Virus record (IMG/VR): IMGVR_UViG_3300005937_000267
Location: 865 to 64,864 of that record
Strand: one strand, 5' to 3'
From: a virus
Taxonomy: Duplodnaviria > Caudoviricetes
Length of the DNA stretch: 64,000 nucleotides
The notes beneath the pieces are model-generated. The model was not told where the DNA came from, did no database searches, and saw only the letters and a list, made by a program, of their open reading frames with translations. A program made the translations under genes and the position numbers. This document shows positions 19,258 to 29,091 of this stretch, piece by piece (the stretch's first letter is position 1; each line of letters opens with the position of its first letter).

Positions 19258-19670
19258 TTCCAGTACCGCTTCAGCACGGCTGCGACGTTCGGCGCGACCC
19301 AGCCCGCTGGCTTGATCACGTCGTACCCGTTGCCGTACCGGGACCCCTCCCCACTGGACGGCGCTCGCTGCTTCCGCATGTTCGCCTGGTGGACCTCCTG
19401 CCACACCGCCTCCCACGGGTAGCCGAGGACGTGCGCGGTGCCGAGCACGACGTAGACGAGGTCGACCAGCGCGTCGGCCATCTCGGCCTGGTCTCCGTCC
19501 TCGTACGCGTCCTCGAACTCCTCCAGCTCCTCGCGCATCCGCAGTATCCGCAGCTGCATGATCGACTCGAGCTCCTCGTCCTGGGGAGGCTGCTTGGGTC
19601 CGCCGTCGTGGATCACGCTCGGCAGTCCGAACCTGTGGTGGAACTGTCCCACGTCTCCGAAGTTGGTCAC
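19254..19670 (-). CDS. MazG/PRA-PH-like nucleotide pyrophosphohydrolase
   Basis: MREELEEFEDA...ADALVDLVYVVLG...EVHQANMRK. Confidence 0.85.
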   Translation of the reverse strand: MTNFGDVGQFHHRFGLPSVIHDGGPKQPPQDEELESIMQLRILRMREELEEFEDAYEDGDQAEMADALVDLVYVVLGTAHVLGYPWEAVWQEVHQANMRKQRAPSSGEGSRYGNGYDVIKPAGWVAPNVAAVLKRYWK

Positions 19671-19897
19671 GTCACTGTCTCCTGGTTCATCTCCTTAATC
19701 AACTCTTCGGCGTACTCGAACATCGGCACCGCGACGAAGCGTACGATTCCGCTCCATTCCTCTGGCGGCATCTCTCTGATCAAGTTCCAGACTTGACTGG
19801 AAGCGCGAGTTTGTCCTGCTTTGCGGAACGCAGTGTGAATGCCCTCGCCCAGGTAGGCTCTAAAGTCTTCTACTGCTTGTTCGTGGGTCTTGCCCAT
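19667..19897 (-). CDS. Hypothetical protein
   Basis: MGKTHEQAVEDF..., short and relatively AT-rich. Confidence 0.5.
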   Translation of the reverse strand: MGKTHEQAVEDFRAYLGEGIHTAFRKAGQTRASSQVWNLIREMPPEEWSGIVRFVAVPMFEYAEELIKEMNQETVT

Positions 19898-19914
19898 GAT
19901 CCTTCCTCCATTCC

Positions 19915-21201
19915 TCATTGGCGCGCGATGCCGAGCCTTCTCTCGATCTCCGTCACGCATCTCTGTTCTTTGACGCGCCGGGCCAGCAGCCGATACTGGG
20001 CGCCGGCCAGCCACTCGTACGTCGTCCTCGACGAGCACACCGCCTTGACTTTCGTCCTGAAGTCCGCCGCCGACGTGCAGCGCAGCCAAGATCGCAGCCA
20101 GTGGACCTCCTCGTCCGGGTCGTCCAGCGGGAGGATGTGGTCTTGGGTGTCGTACAGCGGGTGCATGAAGCAGATCGTCCCGGACCGGAACGCCTCCCAC
20201 GTCTTGAGCGTCGGCCACCCGGACCCGGACGTCGGCGTGGTGATCGTGGTCTTGGTCTCCTCCATCAGCGGGAAGATGCCCTCGTACGGCAGCGGGTCGA
20301 TCCTGGCGCCGAGCCTCGTCTGACCCTCCTCGCTCCACGTTCCGTAGAAGTACGACGGCTCGGCCGGCATGGCGTACTCGAGCATCGTGTTGACGCGCAT
20401 CAGCTCAGGCCGCATCCCGTAGTTCCGGGCCTCATTCGCGATCACTCCGAAGTCATACCGGCGATCCTCGAACCCCGGCGTGATCTTGGACGGGGGAACG
20501 CTAGTCAGCTCGAGACCGTCGTACGTGTACTTGTCCCGCACCAGCCACTTGCCGTCGACGACGTGCAGGACTAAGTCCTCACCGTACCCGAGCTCGCTCG
20601 GCGATCGCGGGTCTTCGTACCTCTCGACCCACTGCTGCCGGTCCCAGCAGAACTGGCTCAAGATCGACTGCGCTCTGGGCCACTTCAAGTCGCGGCCCTT
20701 GAGGTAGTTCCTGACGTCGGGCAGTAGCCAGATCTCCTCCCTGCTACGCGGCCGCTGCTTGCGCCATCGGTTGATGCCGCGCAGCAGGAAGCCCGAGTAG
20801 TTCAGGAAGCTCTCCTGCGGGTGCGTCAGCTTATCGCGATCATCGACCGTCGGGATCGGCGTGTTGCTGGTTCCGTGCTGGCCGAGCCAGAGCACCACGC
20901 CGTCCAGTCTCTCGAAGGTCGGCATCGTGACCTCGTCGTATCTGGCCACTCGGTCCGCCTGCGACGCGCCCTTCATGAACTTGAGCTCGTCGTGCCAGCC
21001 CTCCCGCCACATGTTGGTGATGTTCGGGCGCGGCGGAACCCAGCCGCGGTTGCGCCCGACCACCAGCCACTGCACGTCCGGGTTCCGGTCCGCCAGCGTC
21101 AGCAGCAGAGCCGCGGGCTCGTTGTCTCCTCCGACCTCGCCCCAGCGAGCCGGGTCGATCTCGATGACTCGACCCAGCTTGCCGTAGGCGATCGTCTTCA
21201 T
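19915..21201 (-). CDS. GT-B glycosyltransferase, T4 DNA beta-glucosyltransferase-like
   Basis: C-terminal WPTLKTWEAFRSGTICFMHPLYDTQDHIL parallels recalled T4 BGT FITLRVWETMASDAVMLIDEEFDTKHRII; N-term MKTIAYGKLG vs MKIAIINMG. Confidence 0.7.
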   Translation of the reverse strand: MKTIAYGKLGRVIEIDPARWGEVGGDNEPAALLLTLADRNPDVQWLVVGRNRGWVPPRPNITNMWREGWHDELKFMKGASQADRVARYDEVTMPTFERLDGVVLWLGQHGTSNTPIPTVDDRDKLTHPQESFLNYSGFLLRGINRWRKQRPRSREEIWLLPDVRNYLKGRDLKWPRAQSILSQFCWDRQQWVERYEDPRSPSELGYGEDLVLHVVDGKWLVRDKYTYDGLELTSVPPSKITPGFEDRRYDFGVIANEARNYGMRPELMRVNTMLEYAMPAEPSYFYGTWSEEGQTRLGARIDPLPYEGIFPLMEETKTTITTPTSGSGWPTLKTWEAFRSGTICFMHPLYDTQDHILPLDDPDEEVHWLRSWLRCTSAADFRTKVKAVCSSRTTYEWLAGAQYRLLARRVKEQRCVTEIERRLGIARQ

Positions 21202-21203
21202 CG

Positions 21204-22286
21204 TCAGAAGATCTGCGGGACGGGCGGAGCGGGCCGCTCACCCTGCGGTGTAGGCTGACCTGGCTCTTGCGCCAGCTGAGGCGCTGGGGCCGGCTGAGCC
21301 TGCTGCGGCGGGGCCTGCTGCGGCGAAGTCGCTTGTGGCTGCTGGCCCTGCTGGGACGCGAGGTACGCCTGGATGATCTGCTGCTGCATCTCGTCCGTGA
21401 TCACCGGCGTCCCGATCTCTCCGTTGCCGACCGAGGGCGTCGGAGGCGCTTGAGGCGCTGGCTGAGTCGCTTGAGGCGCCGGAGCCGCTGGGGCCGTCTG
21501 CGGCGGCCACTGCTGGGGCTGACCCTGCGTCAGATCAGGCATCGGCGGGGCGGCGGCCGGAGGCGGGGCCGGGAGCGGAGCCTGTGACGCGGGCTGCGGG
21601 ACAGGCTGCGGAGCGGGCTGCGGTGGCTGTTGATCTTGCTGTGCCCCCGGCGCCTGCGCGTACTGCTGCGGCGGCGGCGGGGCAGCCATCGGGGCCTGGT
21701 ACGCGCCGGTCTGCGGGGGCGGGAACCCCTGCTGTCCCATGGGCATCCCCATCATCTGCGACGCCGGCGGGTTGATCGTCTCGACGTTGTTCCTGATCAC
21801 GCCGCTGTTCTTGGGGTACTCCCTGTGGGTCAGCTTGATGCGCGCCTGGCGATGGACTAGATCAGTCGCGATCTGGTCCGGTGACGGGTTGGTGTTGAAG
21901 TACGCCTCGTTGAGTCCGAGCGCGTCCATCTGGCGGAAGAAGATCGCCAGCGCGTTCGGGTTCTCCGGCGACACGGTGATGTTGCCCCATGCGACCCGTC
22001 CCGCGTACGGCCCGGTGATCACGCGCCACGTGATCTTGAACATGATCTTTCCGTTGCTCGACTTGGCGGCCTCGGACGCCGAGACCTCCATGTCGTACTC
22101 TGCGATCGGCAGCGGTTGGAGCTGAGTCCCGGCCTCCTCGCGCCACTGCTGCCAGTTCCACGACTCTTGCTCGACGCTGATCCCGCCTCCTCCGGGGGCG
22201 GGGATGGTGCCCATGCCCGGCCACTGGCCCAGCTGCGCTTGCGGTTGCGGGACGCCGGGGACACCCGGCATCTGTGGTGCGGTCAT
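21204..22286 (-). CDS. DUF669-like ssDNA-binding protein with long Pro/Gln/Ala-rich tail
   Basis: LPIAEYDMEV...KSSNGKIMFKITWRVITGPYAGR; adjacent to Sak4 and exonuclease. Confidence 0.7.
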   Translation of the reverse strand: MTAPQMPGVPGVPQPQAQLGQWPGMGTIPAPGGGGISVEQESWNWQQWREEAGTQLQPLPIAEYDMEVSASEAAKSSNGKIMFKITWRVITGPYAGRVAWGNITVSPENPNALAIFFRQMDALGLNEAYFNTNPSPDQIATDLVHRQARIKLTHREYPKNSGVIRNNVETINPPASQMMGMPMGQQGFPPPQTGAYQAPMAAPPPPQQYAQAPGAQQDQQPPQPAPQPVPQPASQAPLPAPPPAAAPPMPDLTQGQPQQWPPQTAPAAPAPQATQPAPQAPPTPSVGNGEIGTPVITDEMQQQIIQAYLASQQGQQPQATSPQQAPPQQAQPAPAPQLAQEPGQPTPQGERPAPPVPQIF

Positions 22287-23083
22287 GCTCTGGTCAACTC
22301 CTGTTCTGGGCCGAATACTTGATCAATCATCCCGGGGATCGTCGGCTCATACACGATCGCGGGAAGTCTTCCTTGGCAGCGGTTGCCCGCCTCGTAGATC
22401 GAGCTCGGCTCGACGCCGAGAGCCCGCATCTGGATGGGCGCCTTAGTCGGATCCTCTGGGTCCGGGATGCTGATCACGGCCATGAAGCCGATCACGTCCA
22501 GGAAGTACGGCATCTTGATCTTGAGCTGCCCCTGCACGTACGGTCGCCACTTGCCGTTCTCGTTGTGCGTCATCGACGTCAGCACGACGGCCTGCAGCGG
22601 GTTGATCGGGTGCTCGGTGAGATCGCGGAACTCGCGGACCAGTCTCTCCATGTCGTTGAGCAGCGCGCCCCACTTGCCGAAGTCCATCTCCCCGGTGCCG
22701 TCCGTCAGCTGGTCCTTGCACCGCGTCTGTATCTCGCTAATCGAGTCGACGATCCCGGACCGGAACGGGTGCATCCCTTGGATGAGCCAGTCCTTGCATC
22801 GGACCATCGTGCGGTACTCGCGGACGATCACGACGCACGTGTCCCAGTCCACTTGGTAGACCTGCGAGTCGAGCCTCGGCTCGATCCGGCCCTGGCCCAG
22901 CGTCGGCGGGGCCTCGAACATCGGGTCCCAGAAGATCTTCCTGGTCCCCGGACGATCGGGCAAGAACCGGTACGCCGCCTCGGCGTCCATGAGCAGTCTC
23001 GGGGCCGGCGCGGTGTTCGCCAGCGTCGACTTTCCGATCTTGGTCTCTGCGTGGACCATGATCGAGAGCGCCCTGCTTACCAT
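22283..23083 (-). CDS. AAA_24 / Sak4-like recombinase ATPase
   Basis: VHAETKIGKSTLA, IVDSISE, DVIGF. Confidence 0.75.
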   Translation of the reverse strand: MVSRALSIMVHAETKIGKSTLANTAPAPRLLMDAEAAYRFLPDRPGTRKIFWDPMFEAPPTLGQGRIEPRLDSQVYQVDWDTCVVIVREYRTMVRCKDWLIQGMHPFRSGIVDSISEIQTRCKDQLTDGTGEMDFGKWGALLNDMERLVREFRDLTEHPINPLQAVVLTSMTHNENGKWRPYVQGQLKIKMPYFLDVIGFMAVISIPDPEDPTKAPIQMRALGVEPSSIYEAGNRCQGRLPAIVYEPTIPGMIDQVFGPEQELTRA

Positions 23084-23084
23084 C

Positions 23085-24107
23085 TCACGACTTCTCCTTC
23101 TGTTGGTCTCGGTAGTACCGCTCGTGCGGGTCTCTGTGCTCGTAGTGTCTCTCGATCAAGCCCTCCACGTTGCTGCCGTCGTCGAACAGCGGGCACGCCG
23201 CGAGGAAGTCGCACTTCCACGTGCAGTCGCGCGACGGCCTGGGCGGGCAGTGGTACTGGTGATCGCCCCCGCGGTCCAGCTCGTCGCGCGTGTCGACGAT
23301 CTCCTGCAGCACCTTGTGGACGCGCTGCCACGTAGTCGCGATGATCTTGCTGTTGTGCCTGACCTCGACCTGCTTGTAGAACGGCGGCCTCGCGGCGGCG
23401 GTGCGCTTGACTCGCCTCAGCATCAGGTACAGCGCGCCGTCGGTGCGCCACATCAGCGATCTTCCATCGTGATCTTGCCCGTCGCCCAGCTCGGTGTTGA
23501 CCTTGGCACGGTAGCGGGCGTCTAACTGCTCGAGCAAGTGATAGAACCTGGCCTGCTCGTCGAGGGGAAGCATCGCCTCCAGCTCTCCGAAGCTGCCCGT
23601 GGTCTTCCAGTCCCTGAACAGCCGGGCGCCGTCTGATCGTCTCTGGATGCGCTGATCGAGCATGCCGCGCATCTTGACGCCCGGGATGCCCGAGTCCACC
23701 TCGACGATCTCCTCCACGGAGACGACGTCGTACTCGGCGTCGATGGCGTTCTCGGCAGCCCACTCGAGGTACCCCTCCAGCATGGCGTGGGCGAGGTCCT
23801 GCTCCTCCTGAAGCTTAGTGATCTTGTCGTCCATCCCGACCTCGATCAACTTCTGGATGTCGTCGTAGTAGATCTCGTCGATGGCCTCGATGGGATTCAC
23901 GCCGCGCTCGTACATCGCCTGCAGCGCCGCGTGGATGCGGGCGCCGAGGTTGCGGACGCCGGTCGGGTCCTCGAGCTCGCGACGAAACCCGAGCTCGCGA
24001 TAGTAGGTGAGCCACCACCTGCGGCGGCAGTCCTTGAATGTCTGGATCTCGCTGTTCGAGATGCTCAAGATCGTCAGCGGCTGTCTGACGAGCGATGACT
24101 TGGTCAT
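23085..24107 (-). CDS. PD-(D/E)XK RecB/Cas4-like exonuclease
   Basis: ISNSEIQTFKDCRRRW, GARIHAALQ, RGMLDQR, RDWKT, C-terminal CxWxCxFxxxC. Confidence 0.85.
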   Translation of the reverse strand: MTKSSLVRQPLTILSISNSEIQTFKDCRRRWWLTYYRELGFRRELEDPTGVRNLGARIHAALQAMYERGVNPIEAIDEIYYDDIQKLIEVGMDDKITKLQEEQDLAHAMLEGYLEWAAENAIDAEYDVVSVEEIVEVDSGIPGVKMRGMLDQRIQRRSDGARLFRDWKTTGSFGELEAMLPLDEQARFYHLLEQLDARYRAKVNTELGDGQDHDGRSLMWRTDGALYLMLRRVKRTAAARPPFYKQVEVRHNSKIIATTWQRVHKVLQEIVDTRDELDRGGDHQYHCPPRPSRDCTWKCDFLAACPLFDDGSNVEGLIERHYEHRDPHERYYRDQQKEKS

Positions 24108-25936
24108 GCTGCCACTCCCAGAAGCTGTCGTATGAATGTCCTGTCGCGGACGACTTCCTCGAATCGCTCCGCCTTCATGAACAGCAGCTCGCGCTGCCGC
24201 TCCTCGATCGTCTCAGTGGACATGATGTCGATGATGTCGATCTGATCGTGGACCTCGGACCCGATCCGGTGGATGCGGTCCTCGGCCTGGCTGTTGTCGA
24301 TCTTGCTCCAGCTTCGCTGCAGAAAGATCGCGGTGCTGGCCCGAGTCAGCGTGATCCCGATGCCGCCGGCTGAGATCGTGCACAGCATGGCGCGCAGCCC
24401 ACCCGCCTGGAAGTCGCGGATGGCGATCTCGCGGTCGATGGCCGTCTGGTCTCCGGTGATCAAGCCGTACTTGATGCCAGCGGCGTCGAGTCGCTTGGCC
24501 GCTAAGTCGATCAGCTGCTTGTGGAGGGCGAACACGACGACCGGCGCGTCTCCCATGTCCTCCAAGATCTCCATCAGCGCGTCGATCTTGCAGCTCGGGT
24601 CGGACAGCCGGACGTCGCCGTTCTCCATCGCCGCGTGCGCGGACGCGAACTGCGTCAGCCTGGTGAGCTGGACGAGCGGGCTGGCCGCCACGACCACGCC
24701 GCCGTCCAGGTGCGCGATCATCTCCTTCTCCATCCGGCGATACGCCTGCGCCTGCTTGTGCGCCATCGTGACGTAGCGGGTGGAGTAGACCTTCGGCGGC
24801 AGCTGCTTGAGCACGGCCTCCTTCGGCATGCGGCGCATGATCGGATCGATGATCTTGTAGAACTCGGCGCGCCTCTCAGGATCCGGGCTCAGCCCTACGA
24901 CCTGCATCGGTCCGAAGGCGTTGAACGACAGGCGACAGAAGCGCTCGATGTACAGCTGGCGGGTCGGGAACTCGCGCGGCCTGATCAGCCGCAGCGCCGG
25001 CCACAGGTCGTGCGGCGCGTTGCCTATCGGGGTGCCCGTGAGGGCGAAGACGTAGCGGGCTGGCGCGATCTTGAACGTGGCGGACCCCTCGCGCAGCGCC
25101 CAGCAAGCGCGGGTCTGCTTGGCCTTCGGGTTCTTGAGCCGGTGCGCCTCGTCGACGACGATCGTCTGCCACGTCCGGTTCAGCTCCTTGCGGCAGTTCT
25201 CGCAGCGCGACTGGCTGTTGCTCTTGGTGTCCGCCAGCGTCGGGTCGCACACGATGCAGCGCTTCAGTCTGATGCTGCCGTACGCGGCCAGCCGCGAATG
25301 GGCGCGGACCGTCTCGTAGCTGATCACGTGGACGTGCGCCGGGGTCATGATCATCTCGCGCCGCTTGGCGGCTGGCGTCCCTCCCGGGATCGCCACGACC
25401 GTCATGCCCGGCCACCACCTGTCGAGCTCCCGCTGCCAGGTCAGGACCATGCTGTTCGGCGCGATCACGAGCGCCGGGAACGGGTTCTCGCCGCGGCGCA
25501 CGAGCTCCATGAACGTCCTGATCGTCTGGACGGTCTTGCCCAGCCCCATGTCGTCGCACAACAGGGCCTGCTCGGCGAACGCCATGAACTGGACGCCGGC
25601 GCGCTGGAACCCGTAGAGGTCCTCGTCGCCGGCGGCGTCGAGGGCGACCCGCAGCTCGAGGGCGGGCGCGATCCTGGCGGCGTGCTCCTCCCTGGCCCAG
25701 GCGTCCAGCGCGGGAGAGACCACCAGGCGGTCGCCGAATATCCCGCGCATGACGACGCACGACGCCCACGACAGCGGGGCCAGGAACCGGTGCTCCTTCT
25801 GGTTGTACCGGACGCCCGGGAGCTGCATGATCAAGTCTTTGTCGCGGAAGGGGAAGGGCGTGACGATGTTCATCAGCGACGGGTCGCGGTCGTACACGTC
25901 TATGGTGATCCCGTAGTCGTCCATTCTTCCTTCCAT
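24104..25936 (-). CDS. SNF2-family DNA helicase
   Basis: DDMGLGKTVQ, VVDEAH, LTGTPI, QAEDRIHRIG. Confidence 0.9.
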   Translation of the reverse strand: MEGRMDDYGITIDVYDRDPSLMNIVTPFPFRDKDLIMQLPGVRYNQKEHRFLAPLSWASCVVMRGIFGDRLVVSPALDAWAREEHAARIAPALELRVALDAAGDEDLYGFQRAGVQFMAFAEQALLCDDMGLGKTVQTIRTFMELVRRGENPFPALVIAPNSMVLTWQRELDRWWPGMTVVAIPGGTPAAKRREMIMTPAHVHVISYETVRAHSRLAAYGSIRLKRCIVCDPTLADTKSNSQSRCENCRKELNRTWQTIVVDEAHRLKNPKAKQTRACWALREGSATFKIAPARYVFALTGTPIGNAPHDLWPALRLIRPREFPTRQLYIERFCRLSFNAFGPMQVVGLSPDPERRAEFYKIIDPIMRRMPKEAVLKQLPPKVYSTRYVTMAHKQAQAYRRMEKEMIAHLDGGVVVAASPLVQLTRLTQFASAHAAMENGDVRLSDPSCKIDALMEILEDMGDAPVVVFALHKQLIDLAAKRLDAAGIKYGLITGDQTAIDREIAIRDFQAGGLRAMLCTISAGGIGITLTRASTAIFLQRSWSKIDNSQAEDRIHRIGSEVHDQIDIIDIMSTETIEERQRELLFMKAERFEEVVRDRTFIRQLLGVAA

Positions 25937-25979
25937 CTCGGTAAGATCCTACCACTGAGCCGTGAAAGCTGTCGACCTC

Positions 25980-26426
25980 TCACTCGTCTTTGGGCCCTAA
26001 TCTGTCGTCCCACCACCCGTGCTTCGCGAGGTATCTCATCAGGTGCCGCGACCCGTCGTTCGCGTTGGGCTTTCCGGGCAGATACCAGCCGAACGCCTTG
26101 AGCCGATCCGTGTACGCGAACGTCTTGGCCTCGGCCTGCAGCTGCATGATCAACTCCTGGTCCGTGTTCACCAGCGAGAAGTACCTGGCGACGCCGATCA
26201 TCTCGAGCGACCACGTCGCCTGCGTGTTCTTGCCCGTCTGAGTCGTGATCAGGAACGTCTCGAAGACGACGTCCAGATCGGTGGCGTAGACCTCCGAGGT
26301 CTTTCTGATCATCTCGCAGCTGTCGACGAACTCGAACTCGTCTGACTGGAAGAACCCAGTGGCGTTGTCGTAGAACGCCAGCCCGGTCATCTTGCCGGGA
26401 TCGCCGGCCAGCACGTAGCGCCTCAT
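25980..26426 (-). CDS. RuvC-like Holliday junction resolvase
   Basis: VLAGDPGKMTGLA, VVFETF, ANDGSRH. Confidence 0.65.
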   Translation of the reverse strand: MRRYVLAGDPGKMTGLAFYDNATGFFQSDEFEFVDSCEMIRKTSEVYATDLDVVFETFLITTQTGKNTQATWSLEMIGVARYFSLVNTDQELIMQLQAEAKTFAYTDRLKAFGWYLPGKPNANDGSRHLMRYLAKHGWWDDRLGPKDE

Positions 26427-26794
26427 GGCTCGATCTCCGGCCTCGGACCGCGATCTTGGTCCGGCGGGCTCCACTTCTTGAAGAGCGCCGCTAGCGCCTG
26501 CTGGTACGTCGGCGCGGTGACGACCACGTAGTCCTCCATCTCGATCGTCAGCGTCGTCGTGTAGTGCGCCGGCCAGCGGTACCACGAGTCGTACGAGGTG
26601 AAGAACTCGTCCGCCTCGACCTCTAACATGGCCTGTGTCATCGAGGTGCTGGCGAAGACCAGCACGCAGTGCCCGTCGATCGGACCCGGAGGAATGCGGA
26701 CGCCGACGATCACGAACTCCGGCTGCTCGTGCGAGCTGAAGTTATCGAGTCGAATGCCCGGCGACCGGCCTTGGTAGCGGTCGACGTCACTCAT
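26423..26794 (-). CDS. Hypothetical protein
   Basis: 123 aa ORF overlapping both neighbours. Confidence 0.55.
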   Translation of the reverse strand: MSDVDRYQGRSPGIRLDNFSSHEQPEFVIVGVRIPPGPIDGHCVLVFASTSMTQAMLEVEADEFFTSYDSWYRWPAHYTTTLTIEMEDYVVVTAPTYQQALAALFKKWSPPDQDRGPRPEIEP

Positions 26795-28550
26795 ATTTCT
26801 GGCCCCAGCTCTTGTCGAGGATGTCTCCAGACCACGTGATCGGCACCGTGTAGTCCACGGCGTCGTTCATGATCTTCACCGACTCGCGGAGCACCTCGTC
26901 CGCGATGTCCTCCGGGACCTCCATGACGATCTCGTCGTGCACCGGCAGCACCATGAACTCGCCGAACCCGCGAGCGTCCAGCAGGCAGAGACAGAGCTTC
27001 AGGATCTCCGCGGCGTGACCGGAGATGAGGTAGTTCAGCAGCGTGTAGTCGCGGAGCTCGTCGGAGGGTAGTCTCCTGCCGTACGGGGTGATCACGTACG
27101 CGGCACCCTCGGCGCGCTTGCGCGCCATGCCGACGTCGTTGATCTCCCTCTGGAACCGCTCCACCCCGGGGAACTTCTCGTTGAAGATCGCGATGAACGT
27201 CTGCATCTGGTCGAGCGTGACGCGCGACGTCGCGGCCATGTTCGCGGCGCCGGCGCCGTAGATGCGTCCGTAGATCGTGTTCTTGGTGAGGTCGCGCCGG
27301 CGGTCGTCTTTCTGTAGCCCGGGATCGAGGAAGATCTGCCTGGCCAGCGCGACGAAGAAGTCCACGCTCTGGTCCGCGAACGCCGCGATCATGCCCGGGT
27401 CCTTGCTGAAGATCGCCATCAGCCGGGCCTCGATCTGGTCCGCGTCGATGGTGATCAGCACGTTGCCTGGTGCCGGAACGAACGCGTGCCTGATCGTAGG
27501 GTCCTTCTTGTGCAGGGTCTGGAGCGGCGGGTCGGTCACCGTCTGGCGCCCGTGCCTGGTGCCGAGGGACCAGATCGTCGCGTGCACCCGGCCGTCGGAG
27601 TCGGCGTCCGCCATGAAGCTGCGGAAGTACGTCCCGACCATCTTCCTCATCTTCCGGGCGCCTAGGATATACCGAGCGAGGTCGTGATCTATGAGCTCGA
27701 GCACCTCCTTGTCCCACGACTGCTTGCCGCCGGGCGTGTACTTGACCGGGACCTCGACGTCGAGTCGCTCGAACGCTCTTCCGATCTGATCGTTGGAGTC
27801 CACCGAGCGAATGCCGTGCTCGGCTGCGAGGTACTCGACGATCGCGCCGACCTTGTCTCCGAACTCGTGGATCTTCTGCTGGCAGTAGTCGAGGTCGACC
27901 AGCGCGCCCTTGCGCATCATGTTCGTGACCACGCGCAGCACCCCGATCTCCAGCCCGTACGCCTCGCGGCAGGAGCCGTTGATCGTCTCGTCCTTGAGCT
28001 TGTCATAGACGTACGCCGTGAGCACGGGATCCATCGCGGCGTACACGGCGTAGTCGGGAAGATCGTACGGCACGGTGGCGAACGTCCACTTGTGGACCGC
28101 CATCTTCTCGTCCAGAGTCCTCTGAGCCGCTGCCGCCGACGGGTCGACGTGCATGGCCGCGAACGCCTTCAGGTTCTTCGATCGCAGCGGATCCACCAGG
28201 TGCGCCATCGTCAGCGTGTCGTTGGTCCGGTCCCACGGCCAGTTGGCGATCTCGGGCGAGTTCTCCATGAGGAACTTGACGTCGAACGGCGAGTTGTGAA
28301 ACACGACCGGGCCGTCGTACCTCTTGATCGCCTCGACGGCCAGGCCCGACCACCGGTGCCACGGGATCGCCCACCCCTTCTCGAGATCGCCGAACTGCAC
28401 CATCCTCAGCGGGTCGCGCTTGTGGTCGAACCCGCCGGTCTCGGTGTCGATGCCGAGCACGTCTCGGCGGCGTCCCAGCCACTCCAGGAAGTCCGCGGCG
28501 TCGCCCATCGTGCGCACCAGTCGCAGGTCCACTATGTCCAAGACTCCCAT
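26787..28550 (-). CDS. DNA polymerase I (family A) with 3'-5' exonuclease
   Basis: IDTETGG, HNSPFD, YAAMD (exo I-III); DADQIEAR (A), KNTIYGRIYG (B), PVHDEI (C). Confidence 0.95.
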   Translation of the reverse strand: MGVLDIVDLRLVRTMGDAADFLEWLGRRRDVLGIDTETGGFDHKRDPLRMVQFGDLEKGWAIPWHRWSGLAVEAIKRYDGPVVFHNSPFDVKFLMENSPEIANWPWDRTNDTLTMAHLVDPLRSKNLKAFAAMHVDPSAAAAQRTLDEKMAVHKWTFATVPYDLPDYAVYAAMDPVLTAYVYDKLKDETINGSCREAYGLEIGVLRVVTNMMRKGALVDLDYCQQKIHEFGDKVGAIVEYLAAEHGIRSVDSNDQIGRAFERLDVEVPVKYTPGGKQSWDKEVLELIDHDLARYILGARKMRKMVGTYFRSFMADADSDGRVHATIWSLGTRHGRQTVTDPPLQTLHKKDPTIRHAFVPAPGNVLITIDADQIEARLMAIFSKDPGMIAAFADQSVDFFVALARQIFLDPGLQKDDRRRDLTKNTIYGRIYGAGAANMAATSRVTLDQMQTFIAIFNEKFPGVERFQREINDVGMARKRAEGAAYVITPYGRRLPSDELRDYTLLNYLISGHAAEILKLCLCLLDARGFGEFMVLPVHDEIVMEVPEDIADEVLRESVKIMNDAVDYTVPITWSGDILDKSWGQKYE

Positions 28551-28557
28551 GATCGTC

Positions 28558-29091
28558 CTACCCTAGCTGGTTGATGTCTGGGCTCGGGTACATCTCGTCC
28601 TCCGGGTCCCCCGTCTGCTCCATGATCGTGAACTCCATCCCGCAGTTGTCCAGGAACAACAGCGTCTTCGTCGGATCTCTGTGCCGGTCGAGCTCCCAGT
28701 CCACGTTCATGACGACGCGCTTGGCGCCTGAGTTCGCGATGATCTTGGCGCACTCCCAGCACGGCGTGCTGGTGACGTAGATCGTCCCGCCCTCGTACGT
28801 GCGGCGGTCTGCGAAGATCACGGCGTTCGCCTCGGCGTGGACCGTGTAGCAGTCGTCGTACGTCGTGGTCCTCAGCTGCGGCGGCTGGATGGCGGCGCGC
28901 GGACAGAACCCTCGGCAGTCCATAGCGTCTTGCGTATCGAACCCACGCGGCGGGCCGTTGTACCCGCTGGACACCAGGCGGTTGCTCCGGTCGACGATCA
29001 CCGCTCCGATCTTGCGCCCGGTGCAGATCGACCTGGCCCCGACCACGCCGGCCACGGCCATCCACGTCTCGTCCCACGTCGGCCTATCCAC
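28558..29091 (-). CDS. dCMP deaminase
   Basis: SGYNGPP, HAEANA, PCWEC. Confidence 0.9.
   Translation of the reverse strand: MDRPTWDETWMAVAGVVGARSICTGRKIGAVIVDRSNRLVSSGYNGPPRGFDTQDAMDCRGFCPRAAIQPPQLRTTTYDDCYTVHAEANAVIFADRRTYEGGTIYVTSTPCWECAKIIANSGAKRVVMNVDWELDRHRDPTKTLLFLDNCGMEFTIMEQTGDPEDEMYPSPDINQLG

Noticed and set aside
23085-24107. Cas4-like gene as evidence of a CRISPR-Cas system
   Set aside because: No array or other cas genes; its context next to Sak4 and SSB fits a recombination exonuclease
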